This document shows positions 1 to 12,526 of a stretch of DNA of 64,000 bases, one piece after another. Made by a program: the position numbers and the translations under genes. Origin of the DNA: Penicillus capitatus (taxonomy: Eukaryota; Plantae; Chlorophyta); contig OZ287703.1 in the NCBI GenBank assembly GCA_965649825.1, positions 124,001 through 188,000 of the forward strand. Direction: 5' to 3'. Numbering within the stretch: the stretch's first letter is position 1; every line of letters starts with the position of its first letter. A model generated the notes under the pieces. It ran no database searches. It was not told where the DNA came from and was given only the letters and a program-made list of their open reading frames with translations.

Positions 1-829
1 GAAGACGCGTGCAGTTTCGCACCGGATGATCGTGCGAACGATCAAAGTCGACTGGATCGAGTGTGGGATATCGAAATGATCGATGCATTGCGATCTTTGG
101 TAACAGAATAATTCCAAGTGTCAATCGTTATCGATATGAAGTGTGACGATATGTGTCACGTACATTTGCGAGATCGATGCTTTCATGTACGACTTGTTCA
201 ACAATGATCGATGGAAGCAGAGTCGTAGAATTCTCTCTTCGGTGAATCGCCTTCATTGGGCATCGGACTTCCTCCGATCGAATCAGACGAATTGCACAAG
301 AATCGTCGAAGGCGTCTCGAATTGGGTAGAGTTGGAGGACTGAAGATAGATCGCTTCGATTTCGATGTACAGCGATCGATCGATCTAAGGTTCGAAGAAA
401 GCTCTCTCTCGTCGTCTTGCTGTCGAAAACGACTTCACTTCTTTCCTTTCCATGCCTACTACTCACATGCGACTCGATAACGATTGTGCGGAGTTTCTAA
501 TGTCCTTTGGAACTCGGCAATTGTGGTGCTACGGACGGAGATTTCGTCTCGACGAGAGACATCGTACAAAACAGCTCGATTGTGCCTGTCGTATTCTGTA
601 TCGTCTGCCCGAATAGTCTTCAGACAAGTGAAAGCAAAGAAATTTTCTAATGTGTTAACGATACAACCGAGATCCGAATCGACGCGGACGTAACGGGTCA
701 CTGGTTTTCGATCGTCCTTTCGGTAGTATTCGTAATGCCCGACGATATCAAATCACTCGAACACATGTTCAGATTTTGCATTCGTTACCCTCTGGAGAAA
801 ACGCCAAGATGCCCCATACGAGCCAGATC

Positions 830-1900
830 ATCGATCACAGAAACAAACGTCTTCTATCAGAACTGGTCCAAGAGCCGGGGTTGAAACGTTTCCTCCGCCA
901 GCCATGACAAAGGCACCCAAATCCACATCCGTCTGACATCTCGCGTCGAACAGGAACGCGAAAGTCTCGACTTGGAGAAGTCGGCGATGACGAGACAGAG
1001 ATAGATCCATCCACGCGGACAACCATTCCAATCTTCCCAGAGAGAGAGATAGACCGGCTGCAGATGCGCGACGAGAAACACCTCGACGTCACACTCTGGT
1101 TCTCTGAAGCTCCTCGCAGTCCTCGAGTTTACCAAATGTCGTCAGCTTCGCGCCCTTCGTTGGATGGACAGCAACATTCTCCCAGACATATATCTGGTTA
1201 GCTGGCTGGTGGCGGAAGAGAGAGACATTGTCTCTCTCCACTGCGAGAGAAGCGGGCTCTGAAGAGTTCGATACGAAGCCTCGTCGGTTCGAATGTGGCG
1301 CATTCAGCATGAGTCATCGTCGAGGCAGATGTCAAGGGACTTCCGTCCGATGCATCCTCGACGCGAGGAGTCGAGGCCGTGTCATACCAGACAGAGGCAC
1401 CGGCTTCGGTGCTGATGCCGTCCGTCGGGGAACTGCAGTAAACAAAGCAACAGCACGGGCGAAGAGCTGAGACCCGCAGTCTGGGTTTTGTTCTGCACCG
1501 CATTCGAGGACCGAAGGGGAAGTCGCCGCATGGACATCCTTCCGCAGATGACAGCCAGACGCGACAGCACCAGTGCTGTCCGTCGTCGACCGGCGTCGCA
1601 GCACAGCAAACGCGTAGCTCTGCTGCGAACGGCGTCTGCTCACTGCACAGCCGCGGTAGGACACCGATGGATGCATCATGGCCTCCGGACCGGGGGACGA
1701 AGCGGGAGACGAGGAGACGGCGTTGCGCGGCCAGTCCACCGGCGCTCGGTCGTCGGCGCGGACGTCGATAGCGTGGATTTCTCTCTTCGCATGTCCCACC
1801 GCCGCACCGGACCAGTCGCAGCGGGAGTTGAACGGCCGTCCACAACGAACCGCCCAGGCGGAAACGTCCGTCTGTCTGCGGAGGGTCGCCCTCGTCCCTC
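830..1900 (-). pseudogene. Hypothetical multi-exon gene, probably frameshifted in this copy (paralog at ~43660-44760)
   Basis: Near-identical to 43660-44760 in inverted orientation. Protein-like segments (SPTDGISTETGASVWYDTAST..., ERDNVSLFRHQPANQIYVWEN..., LEWLSAWMDLSLSRHRRLL...). The (CT)n tract at ~1040-1049 is 2 nt longer than in the right copy and breaks the PVYLSLGRLEWLSAW frame. No family recognised. Confidence 0.3.
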
Positions 1901-3510
1901 ATCAGAAGTTCAGCAGAGAGGGGGGCCCGACCGTCAAGGCGGCGCGATTCGGAGCCCAGAGTCCGATGGTCTAGACTCTGCGAAGGGGCGCTCTCTCGAG
2001 CCGTCTTGCTGCGTTCGGCTGCTGGAACTTGTCTCCGAAGCTGTTCTTACAGCAGAAGTCTAAGGACAAGGTTGAATGGAATGGGCAGGTGAATTTCACT
2101 GCCGCTTTTTCTGAGAATAAACACCAACACATTCATCGCCGGTAAGAGCAATCCTCTCTGGCAATCTAGATTTCGCATCCAAAATCGTCTAGATTTGATT
2201 TCAGTTCCAGTCTGTGGAGACACGGGAATCTTTTATATATCTCTCGCTGATCCACGCTGTCCCTCTCGGAGCACAAACAGGTTAGCTCCCTCAGTCTCTT
2301 CAGCTCTCCCCCGGACAGATACTCCAGTGGCGGAGCTCCGTACGTGCCGCACCTGAAATCCAGCACCCGCAGACCCGATAGAAGGTTGATTCGACTGCGG
2401 AAGTCGGGTCTGTCCAACTCGTGGCCGTGGTGTACCAACTGCAGCTCGGTCAGTTCGGAGAGATCTGCCAGAGTCGCGAAGAACTGGCTGTCTGCCTCCA
2501 CCTGCTCCAGAGACAGGCGCTGGAGGGACCTCATCTCGCGGAACGTCCGACTCGGAAGACGGTGTCGCGTTCCGCCGTTCTTGATCGCCAGGGAGATGAG
2601 ACCTGTCATCTGAACCAAGCAGCCAGCCAGATCCGCCGGAAGGTCTCGGACCGTCTCGATTCTGAGCTCTGTCAACGCGGTTGGACATTGCAGGTTCGAC
2701 TGGAGTCGGACGCCGCAGAGATGGAGACGCCTCAGCTGAGTCCACGATGCAAAGGAGCTCGGTGGCTCGATCTTCGGCGCAGGAGACTGGATACTGCCGA
2801 AACCCAGAGATTTCAGCGTCGTCAAGTGAAAGATTGTTCTCAGGAGACATTCCGCGTTGCCTCTTGCATCGCGGATATCCAGCGCGGTCAGAGTGTCCAT
2901 CTGTTGCAGCGCAGTCTCCAGATCGTTGTCTTTGCATTGGACGTCGTCCAGTCGGAGGCTCTCCAATCTCGAGAATCCGGACAGATGAGATGCGTCCGTG
3001 AGCGGAAGCACGTTGGAGTGTCCGGCCTGCAGTGCTCGCAGACTCCACGCATAAGGATAGATGATCTACAGCGCAGTCGGTCACACGAGCCGTCGCACTT
3101 TATGCACGCACCTCGATGAGTGGAATCTGAGTTCCTGTGTATTCATAGCTGCAAGTGTGTGTGTACGCTTCGAGTTTTGTCAGATGCGGCGTTTTTTGAA
3201 AAAGCAGCTCTCCTGATCTGTTTATGAGAAGACTGATGCTGAGTTTTAATTCTTTGATTCTTTGCAGTTCCGATATGGGATCGGCGTCCACGACGTCGGT
3301 GGCGTTACAGAGTTCCACTTCCAGAGATGTCAGCTGCGTCAGGCGTCGCAGCGTGGGAATGAACGAGTGAAGGACATCACGAGATCCGATTCGGAGAGAC
3401 AACGAGAGAAGTGCCGACATCGAAGGGAGTCCACTCTGCACGGTCTCGGGAAACTGCAAGTTTCTGGGTGGAAGGAGGAGCTGTAGATGTGAGAGATGAC
3501 TCAGACTGGC
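830..3510. repeat. Segmental duplication block A (inverted copy at ~42045-44750)
   Basis: Reverse complement matches 42045-44750 almost base for base; the 281-aa LRR ORF 2166-3011 is identical in translation to 42548-43393. Confidence 0.95.
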
Positions 3511-3774
3511 CGGAGAAAAGCTGTCGACCACAGAAGACTCACAAGACAAGCTGAGTGTTGCGATGCGCTTGAAGCGATGGGTTAGCCAAGGAAGCCTTTC
3601 GGCTGAAATGGACTTGATCTTGAGCGGCAACTCATCGCTGACATCTCTCCAGCGGCGACAGACGAGTCGATAGGTAGACGTACCATCGTCGATGAGCGTT
3701 TCTAAAACCTTTCCGAGATAACGGTCGTCCTCTAGTAAGGCGCGTATTGCAGAACCCGGAGTGAGAAAAGACAT
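2166..3774 (-). CDS. F-box-like/LRR protein, 2 exons (FBL1)
   Basis: N-terminal LLEDDRYLGKVLETLIDDGTSTYRLVCRRWRDV (F-box-like VCRRW motif) followed by LxxLxxLxL repeats. GT-AG intron GAG|GTGCGT...CTGTAG joins ORF 3100-3879 to ORF 2166-3011. Confidence 0.85.
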
Positions 3775-4899
3775 GTCGATTTGTACTGAAAACGCGTCAA
3801 CGCAGTAGTGGGCTTTCGAGGACAACTTGGTCGCGTCTACGTATCCACGAAGTCCACAACTGGGTCTTATTTTGTTCACATCCGATTCTGCGCAACCGTT
3901 CTAAACGGAAACTGTCTCGTCAGAGATATTACCTAAGCCTTTGCATCATGCTGACAAACAGGAGCAACCTAGGAAAAGCGATGTCCGTAAACGAAGGCAA
4001 AAACAAAACTGTACCGCGAGTTTAAACTGAAATACACTTCTGTGGCGTATGAAAGCGTCCCGCCTTTTCATCGTGAAGGGCGTCTTCGTTTCCGTCGCTT
4101 AAGGTCAAACGTGAGACGCATGTCCCGACGAAGGCGACTGGGATGTGGGCCACGGACAACAAAAACGGCCAATCTCCGCCGTTAGTTGGAAATGAACAGC
4201 CATTTAGGTGTGTGAGGAACCTCGCGTCACAGATTACGCCTTACTTAGCGCACTCGTGTCTCGCGAACGCCTGTGAGATGTTCGGGGTGACTCTGGTCGA
4301 TCCTTATGCTCGGCGTGGCGATATCTGCCAAGTCGTTGTACGAAACGGTCGACTGGCTGAGCTGTCACGTCATCTTTCCTTCGGTGCCGGCGAATACATA
4401 CGGCGAGCTCTTTCTCTCGATTCTTGTTTTTCATATTAGATTTCAGGCACTGCTGAGAAGCTGTGTAAGATTGTTTCCAGAAGAGTGTGTGGCGAAGAAC
4501 CGTCTTGGACTCTCGTTGTCACTGCAGGGAGTAGTGCTTCGAATGCGGACTTCGAATGGAAGCTGTCTGCAATAACTGACCATTTCTCTTTGCGTAAAGA
4601 GCCCGTGTGGTCACCTATCTGGACTCGATTCGTCTGCGCGCATCTTCTATTGAAGGACAGAAAGAGAACCGCATTTCCTGGAGACGTAGCGCGAGCAGTT
4701 CAAAAATGGACAATTGGATTCAACTAAGGCAAGTTTTGTGAGGTACCGAATCATCTGACTTTGGTGCGTGTGGAGAGATTCGCGATAATCGAACGGTGAA
4801 GCGACTGGCAATGCGATGCCCAGGAACTGTGCACTGAATGAATCATCAAAGCGGCGGCATCGATGTCTTCCCGATCACCGTTACCTCTCACCTCTCCGC

Positions 4900-5181
4900 T
4901 TCAAATGAAACACTACTTGGCCACCGCCATTCCGACAGGACAGCCGCATTGCTGAGAATTCTGGAACATCTCTACTGCTGCTGTGAGTTCTACCAGCTGA
5001 GCTCGATGACGTGTATCCGCATGCACGAACGCACGATTACGTCACGTCATAGATCGCGGCGGAGAAACTTATCGAACTCGGTCGCCTTGTGCCAGGCGCA
5101 CATGGCTTCAAGGGTAAAAACGCACTCCAGAAAACCATCACCCTCTCTTCGCAAACACGTTGGACGCTGATTCTTCCTTAG
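4900..5181 (+). pseudogene. Degenerate TPR-protein paralog
   Basis: Translates to HRHSDRTAALL...CCEFYQLSSM, then shifts frame into HDYVTS*IAAEKLIEL...GFKG. Colinear with RRRFSEAAALL...HDYVTSRTEAERLIEL...YFKG at 23352-23832. Internal stop, frameshift, most of the last exon deleted; the downstream UTR-like sequence matches 23800-24200. Confidence 0.75.
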
Positions 5182-5549
5182 TCTCTGTAACAATGCGTTG
5201 TGTAATTCATATTCGCTCGAGTTTCGGCATTGCCATCATGTTCTGCTCTTGCCTTGGCGGTTTCGCGGACGACAGCCTCTATGTATTCTTCCACATCTCA
5301 TCTGTCGCCGACGCAACAATCGAGTGGCCTCGGCTACCCTTCATTAAGTCTTCGACTGTGAACGCGCCTTGCGAGAACAGACAAATGTGGAAGCTGATAC
5401 GCAGCCCTTAGATCGAGTGACGATCTCACGCTTTGTTGTCCGGAAAGCGGCCGTTGATCCCTCCGCTTCTTCGACGACGCTCGAGGCTGAGGCGGGTCTG
5501 TGTTTGCGATCATGCCGAAGAAGACGTTCGTCGATATCGGTGGATGAAC

Positions 5550-5739
5550 CGACGTGACAGGACGCGCGCGCGACAGGAGTCGGTATATGCTCAGGTCGCC
5601 CACCACACGAACGTGTCCTCCCGAGGCGCTTCGATCCCGGGGCACTTGTCCCGGGATCGAAGCGCCTCAAGAGGACACGTTCGACTGGTGGACAACCTGA
5701 GCATATACCGACTCCTGTCGCGCGTGTCCTGTCACATCG
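5550..5739. repeat. Fold-back hairpin (inverted repeat, ~90-bp arms, ~8-nt loop GCACTTGT), copy 1
   Basis: CGACGTGACAGGAC...GAGGCGCTTCGATCCCGGG-gcacttgt-CCCGGGATCGAAGCGCCTC...GTCCTGTCACATCG; arms are reverse complements with a few mismatches. Confidence 0.95.
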
Positions 5740-6173
5740 TTCCGTCCGTACCGCTTGACTTCACAAGATGGCGAGCTCGTTCCCCGGAGAAGACGACCTC
5801 CTCCCGATCAAGGAGCATACGTGTACATAGGAACATTCCAAAACGGCCGAGAATGCCCAAAGACGTTGCGTCGAACGAGGAGGCAGCGCATCGGCAGCCT
5901 CGGTGGGCTCTGTTGCTGTTGCATCCATGTTCTCGAAAGCGATGTGCTTGCTCTGTCTCGGCGAGTCGCGAACTCTTAACGGACAAACCGTGACGGTTTC
6001 GCTTTTGTTTTCTTTCCATTCTCCGGCGCAGATTCCCTTTACGCAGATCTTGTCTGTAACGCGGCCGCCGCATAGACAGACGTATCCTGCGTCGAAAAAA
6101 CTCCGAACAGCATTCTCAGTCAGCCGAACGGTGTGGCGGACACAGTCGACGCACAGAGCAATCAGAGTTCGCC

Positions 6174-7729
6174 ATGTTGTCCGACCAATCCCAGACTTTA
6201 CCGAAGAAACGGTTTCCTCGACCAGACGGCCTCTACTGGAGTTACTTTCTCCTCGGCTCCGGATACCTGACCCCCTGGAATGCGCTCATTAGCGCCGTCG
6301 ACTACTTCAACGATATCTACCCCGTGCACACCATCCATTGAAACCTCGCCGAATGCCTCTGTATGCAGGAGCGGGATGCGTTGAGATGGATATCCGTCTG
6401 CTTCTTCGCGACGGCTTTCATCACGGTTCTCGTCAACAGCCTCGTTCCGGCGGCTGACAGAGGACATAGCCGAGTCTCCATTGGCCTGTTGCTCTTCGTC
6501 GTCTCGATCTCCTTCATCCCACTGGTCTCTTCCATCGCACTCTGATGCATCCCTCATGCTGGGTCCCCTTTCAGATGGATTGCCTCCTCGTTCAAGAAGG
6601 AGAATCGACGGATGCGTCCTTCGCGGTGCTCGTGGCTTTGATCGTGCCGATCGGCATCGGCCACGCGCTGAATGAAGGATGCTCCTTCGGCGCCGTCATC
6701 TTTCTTCCCCTCGAGTACAACCACGTACGGGCCAGCCACGTCCCGCCGCCGCCATCCGACGACTCCTGCGTCTAGGCATACATTCGAGGGACAGGTCTAT
6801 GCGGACTGTTGATCGCCCTGCTGCGCATCATGACCAAAGCGGCCTTCGCGGAATCGACAGACGGTCTCCGCATCAGCTCCCGTGTTTTCTTCGCCTTCAC
6901 GGCTCTGTACTGTGTCCTCTGTCTGGTGGCACAGCGCTGCATCATTGTCCCGCATTCCCTCTTCCTCCAACAAGCGCACCAGCAAGATCTCTCGTCCCTT
7001 CCCCTCCTCGCGCACGACGGCGGTGAAACGCCAGACGGAGTCTGGGACGGCATCCGCAAGAGCGCGTGGGTGCAGGCTGTCCACAAGATCGGACGGGATG
7101 GATTCCACGTCCTCCTTCTCTTCTTCGTCACGTACACCGTCGTCCCTGGCGTTCCTTCCGATGCGCAGGTCGGTTCGTGCAATGCCGTCTCTGTCGGTCT
7201 GCAGACGGTGTGGTGGCGGCAGAGCTCGACGCTTGGCGACTGGTACGGTGTGATGCTGATCGGGATCTTCGCCGCCGCAAATTTCATATCCCGACAGGTG
7301 CCATCCAGCTGGGTGCTGAAGGAGGAAAGGACGCTGACGGCATCGCTGCTCCTCAGAATGGCCCTGATTCCTTTGATCTTTGTCGTCACACGCTACACCT
7401 ACAACCCCTTCGCCGTCTCCTTGCTCATCCTCCTGGTCGGCCTGTCGCAAGGGTGGGTGCATACCCCGCGAGGATCGCCTTCTCTTTGCGCCTGATCCGT
7501 GCGAATGATTGCGTCTAGGTACTTCGGGATGTCGGTCTTTGCGATGGGCAATCGGAGAATGCGAGGTGGAGATGGTGCCTTCGTCGGCGGAAACGCACTC
7601 GCTTTCGCATTGGCCCTCGGCATATGCTCAGGCAGTCTGGGTTCTGTACTCTGGTCGAAACTGGACTATAGACGGGACAGCTGGCTGGCTGCCGCTAGAG
7701 CCTTTTTTGCTTTCCCACGGAGAGAATAA
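6174..7729 (+). CDS. Equilibrative nucleoside transporter (ENT family) paralog 1, 6 exons, with C-terminal read-through extension
   Basis: YWSYFLLGSGYLTPWNALISAVDYF N-terminal ENT motif, RIMTKAAF, hydrophobic TM segments, GT-AG introns at positions shared with four other paralogs. Confidence 0.88.
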
Positions 7730-8677
7730 ATGGGACAACTCTGATCCAAGTGTCAAGATTCTCGTCGTCTGCTTGACAGGTCTGTCTGTAGCTGCGCGAT
7801 ACAACGCATTCGAATCGTCTTCAGGAGACTCCGTGTCCCTAACATGAAGAGTCGTTTTCCGACAGGAGTGGGAGGCGACAATCTCGTCGATTCAAAGAAG
7901 CCTCTCGAGCCATTTTAAAAACTACGTTGAACGCAAGATGCCAAGTCATACGTAAGGCAGACCGTTGTCCACTCTACGCCAAATGTGTCGAACTCGACCG
8001 CAGTCTGTCGACTCTCCGTCCGCCAAATGGAAAATAGCTAATCGAGGAGCTATTGTGCTAAACCGCGAGCATTTCAGGCTGCTTGCTTCTCCGAATAGAC
8101 GTAAGAGATTCTGTTATGGACGATCCGGCGCCATCAGCACGAGACGATGAGTGGCATGCGAGGTAAGCTGATCGATCCAGATTCACACAATGAATGCGTT
8201 TCGAGGAGGACGCCTAACACAGAGAACGAAGGAAATGCGAATCCAGAGCGGTAAGTGAAGATCTAGCCCATCTTCAAACAAAGCTTCAAGACGTGCTGAT
8301 CAACAGAAGAGCTTCCCTGCCCCATGTCTCTCCTCCTTCACAGACAAGTGCCCGAGTCCGTCCATCAGAGTATGACTTCAGACAAAGGCATTTCCATTGA
8401 ACACGCCACCGACCGAACACGTTACCAAACAGCGCCATAGATGCAGCGGCAGAACTGCCCAGCCGCGAGTGCGATTCGCACACTGCGCCGTCAGCTCGGA
8501 TCGTTGTTACCGGAAGGTTCTTATCGTCGATGACAGGACAGCCAGTGATACGGACAACAGCGAATGCGATGAACGCGACGCGACTGCGAGATGCGGCTGC
8601 CCTTGGCTGGCTCACTTTCTCAACTCCGGCGCGTCCGTCGACTTCGACGCGTCAACGGCATCTGCATCGACCGAACT

Positions 8678-8749
8678 GCGCCGTCGAAGTAAAGACGACG
8701 AAGACATTCGCGCCGTCGAAGTAAGGACGACGAAGACATCCGCGCCGTC
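8678..8749. repeat. 32-bp tandem repeat x2.25 (mirror at ~36656-36727)
   Basis: GCGCCGTCGAAGTAAAGACGACGAAGACATTC / GCGCCGTCGAAGTAAGGACGACGAAGACATCC / GCGCCGTC, no spacer. Confidence 0.85.
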
Positions 8750-9907
8750 CCCCTTTCATGCGATGACGGTCACAACAGGTGAGCGCTGCTGAACGAAACG
8801 CGGCGTTTACAGGTGAAAGACGAAGCCGCGTCGTCACAGGGACAAACGCGACGCTGTCACATACCGAAAAGTGGACGTCGGCACTCGCTAGCTGAAACAA
8901 TGACCGTGCTGTTTGTCTAAAGGACTGTAGCAACCGCGTTTTTTAGCTGACCACAGAACGAAATCCGAGATCGCGACATCGACGCATGCATTCGGGAGTC
9001 CGCATAGAGTACTAGATTCACCACGCGGCCTTTTCTCAAATGCGTTTTCTCTTGTTCGCTTCTTAACGCGTCTATCGGGTGACAGACTCGCGACAGCAGA
9101 GACGGTCTGCTCGAACGCGAACTTCTGACGGCGTCGCATCCCTACCATCAGCTGTACATTTTCTTACCGTTTAGTAAGGATCGCGCAAAACGGACATGCC
9201 TTCCTCGCCTTCATCCGACGGCACAGTCGCCTGTCTGTTCGACGTGTAGAAGACGAAGATGCTTCGACCAGCGTACGGCTCGAAGGCTCTGAACCCATCG
9301 TCGGTCATCTGTGGTAAATCGACAAAAGGGTGCGGCAAACCAAAAAACGCGTTGCGCGTGAAGTCCGCCTTCAGCGAAATCGCGAAAGCATGTGTTTGCG
9401 CAGGTCCTGCAGAAAAGCGAAGGACAGCGGCAAAGTGCATGGAACGCAAAAACGACGGAGTCTGTGGACATCTGTCCAACATGACGCGGAAAACGCCAAC
9501 ACATGCAGCCAGCTGTCCCAAACGAACAGCGACGAAGCTGCGTTCAGCCATCACGTCGCACGACCTTCTCAATTTGCGACAGGCGTTGAACACATTTGAC
9601 ACGACGTGTCCCGTCAGTCAAACGACGCATTCGGCTGGAGGATCCGATTTGATACCGACGTCGATTCTGCGGAGGCGAGCTTGCCAGTTGCAGGCTGCCC
9701 TTGAAGAGAACAGTTTCGCTTCAGGGCAGAAGCTCCTGATGACGAATAGACACCATGAAGGTGAACCACGTGTCCCTGCCTCACCTGGCTGCATGGAAGA
9801 TGCATTCTCTGGCCTATAAAAGCGATGCCTCCGAGCAAAACCCATTCGAGCTTTGGCATCGCGTCTAGAAAAGCGAACGGACGTCCTGTTTGTGTTCTGC
9901 ATCCAAC

Positions 9908-10722
9908 ATGTCGCCTTCTCTGCTTGCCGTTTTCGTCTGTCTTGCGGCTGCATCCCGCGTTGGTACGTTCGTTCGATGGACCTGCGTGCGCTGTATGGTG
10001 GTGTGTTTGCCGTAGTCCACGCGGTTACTTGCCCGGACGATGCCTGCGGAATTGTCGACCGCACGGACCCAAACAGCCTCGCTCCTTTGCTCCCCAACCC
10101 CGTGCTTTGTGATTGCACATGCGATGACACAGGGAATACTCTCTTCCATCGCTCCGTTCCATCCAAATGCAGTCAATGCATCGAGATGCTTGTCGCAGCA
10201 GAATGCGACGTCGACGTTCGGGACAGCGCTGGAAATACGGCGTTGCACGATGCCGCCGCGCAGTGCTGCAATGTGCCGTTGACGGTGAGCCATGACGCCG
10301 ACCCTCTTTCTATGACAAACGCCTTCTTGCAGTATTTGTTAGATCAGGGCGCCGATCCGGCGGCAACTAACAACGTACCCGATACGCCTCTCTGCGTCGT
10401 GGGCACGGACAGTCCCCCCAATCCAAGCGAATGCGGCATCGTCGCTCGCAACATCATCGGCGTGAGTCCCCCTCTTCCTCCGTCAGACGTATGCTTCGCG
10501 GACAGCACAACGTTCGTGTTCTGCCCCTGCAACGTCTGCTACAGCGGAAGGCTTCCGTACGAAGAAGCGATTGCAAACGGGTTCCGAGGAGTCGCAGACG
10601 TACCCTATCATAATGTCACCCTTCGCCTTCCCCTAACGTCTCCTTCGTATTAGGTTATCGGTCAGGACTGCGGAATGCCTGATCAATGCAACAGCCCCAC
10701 TGGCCCTCCGTGCCCGCCGTGA
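9908..10722 (+). CDS. Secreted, cysteine-rich ankyrin-repeat protein, 3 exons (ANK1)
   Basis: Spliced start MSPSLLAVFVCLAAASRVVHA-VTCPDDAC (intron 9963-10015) gives a signal peptide. Ankyrin motifs GNTLFHRSV...MLVAAECDVDVRDSAGNTALHDAA...YLLDQGADPAATN. Last exon VIGQDCGMPDQCNSPTGPPCPP*. Confidence 0.8.
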
Positions 10723-11800
10723 ATGCGTCATCTCACGCTGAACGGAGCCAATCGAGCCATGTCATCCATCGCATGGCGACGCATCTTTTCTTTCGGCACG
10801 TTTAATAAGTGCCTTTCTCAGCAGTCTTGTGTTTCTCTCTCCCTTTGTTGCTTTTTCACAAGTGTGAGTCTGCGTCACTCACATACGTCTGAATCAATAA
10901 ACTTTCTTCGACAGCGTTTAAGAAGTCCATGAGATCTTTAAGCCGTTTGAACGTACCGAGCATTTTCGCACCGACGATGCCGCCAAACAACGCGTCGGCG
11001 GACCCATCCGCCACAACACAGTCCTCTGGGTCTCGCTCCCCGCGCTGAAGTGAAGTAAAATCGCGTATCCGTGCGATTGTCAACTCCATTTACCAACAGC
11101 TGCTGTGCCACGTGTCCACTCCATCCCACAGCTGCGTCCTTCGCCACGCGCTCCGTTGTGCGCTTGAACTCGGAAGCTGCGCTCGGAAGCATCTGTCGCC
11201 TTGTTTCTTGCTCTGGTCAACAGCCTACGGACTCACATACCGTCAGACGAGTGCTGCTGCAGATCTTTGAAGACCTTGGCGGATGAGCTATCACGCATCC
11301 GCTGCTTCTCCATGCAGCTGCAGTTTGCCTTCGGACGACGTCGCCGTTTTCAGCCGTTCTTCGGATTCTCTGCCGGCGAACGGACGGACATCGTCGTCCA
11401 GTCCATGCGGAAGGATCGCATCCGAATCCTCACACGCCGTTTGCCATGCGAGCGCGTGTTTGGTGGTCGTCGTGCGCGTTTTCGCTGGCCGGCCTTTGCG
11501 GCTCGACCCTTCTCCGCTCTGTTCCGTCCTGTCGCTCCGAGCTGCATCTCGTTCAGAAAGAGAAACGTCTTCACGTCCTGTCAGCGCTGTGACGAAGACT
11601 GTCGATCCGTTCGCCGACTCGGCTGGTAACAGACGAACATGGATTTCGCCTGTCCCAGGCGCATCCGACCATCCGGCTGTTCGAACGAGCATCCATGCGG
11701 GTTCTGCAGCGAGGGAACGTGCTTGTCGACTTGAGGATCCGGCCAGCGGAACAGGTCCGTACGTTATGGCCGTCCGCTGTCGCAGCCGTGACATTGGCAT
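10720..11800 (-). CDS. Hypothetical multi-exon protein (paralog 33597-34680)
   Basis: Plausible GT-AG joins give MLPSAASEFKRTTERVAKDAAVGWSGHVAQQLL|RGERDPEDCVVAD...LFGGIVGAKM...KRLKDLMDFLNAVEESLL. Conserved in the mirror copy; no family recognised and exon boundaries are uncertain. Confidence 0.35.
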
Positions 11801-12331
11801 GGAGAGCGATTGCGGAGAGAGGCGCTCGGTGTTAGACCACCGTCACTGTTTACAGTGTGTCAGCAAAGACGGTGTTCGATTTTGTTGCAGCTTCCTCTCA
11901 GCTTCATTCCCTTGGAGACCAAGCAGTGAAGCCAGTACGATCGAAAGAGACTCTGGGATTGACGCGCCTCGGCGTCTTATTGCAGTCAGTGTAGTTGCAG
12001 ATTGCAACAGACAACAACACTTTCACCCTGCCCGATTCGTAACATCTATGGAGAACAGAATAGGCAGGACACTTATGCTTACCTCCATTGTCATGGTTAT
12101 TCGAACTAAAAAGCCACTGGAAACGCGCCGTTGATGTCACACTGGAGCAGGCAGCTCAATCTACACACCTCTATTCTTCACAGTGTCATCTCGCAAGAAC
12201 GATGGGCAGTAAAGGCACTCAGTGCTGAAGCAAAACAAGGGAGCAGGATGAAGGACTGACTGTCCAAATGTTCGCAGAAGAGTGCGCTGACTGTCGAGAG
12301 CATGAAATGAAGTGAGCACAGCGCAGCACTT

Positions 12332-12526
12332 TCAAACTTCGTAGATGCCAAGGCAACTCGCGGAACGAGAAACGTCCAGGGATCGGCGGCAGACAAGTCC
12401 TGCCGAACAAGCTGTAGACTCCAAGAATCGAGCAATCCCTTCAAACACCTCTTCAGAATAGACAGTGTCGAACAACGATCACGCCCAAGGCTGTTCATTG
12501 CAGGCTACGCCACGAGACCCTTCCAT
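12332..12526 (-). pseudogene. F-box relic, head-to-head with FBL2
   Basis: MEGSRGVACNEQPWA*SLFDTVYSEEVFEGIARFLESTACSAGLVCRRSLDV: F-box-like EEVxxxIxxFL...LVCRR with an internal TGA, and the conserved W replaced. Confidence 0.5.

Noticed and set aside
2233-3119. Long overlapping ORFs (283 aa, 232 aa) and similar 150-300-aa ORFs over the ENT, PPR and ankyrin genes
   Set aside because: Alternative-frame or antisense shadows of real GC-rich exons; low-complexity Arg/Ser/Pro composition and no domain signature.
5550-5739. Hairpin as a bacterial-type intrinsic terminator or tRNA-like structure
   Set aside because: The stem is far too long, there is no U-tract or cloverleaf, and the locus is eukaryotic.
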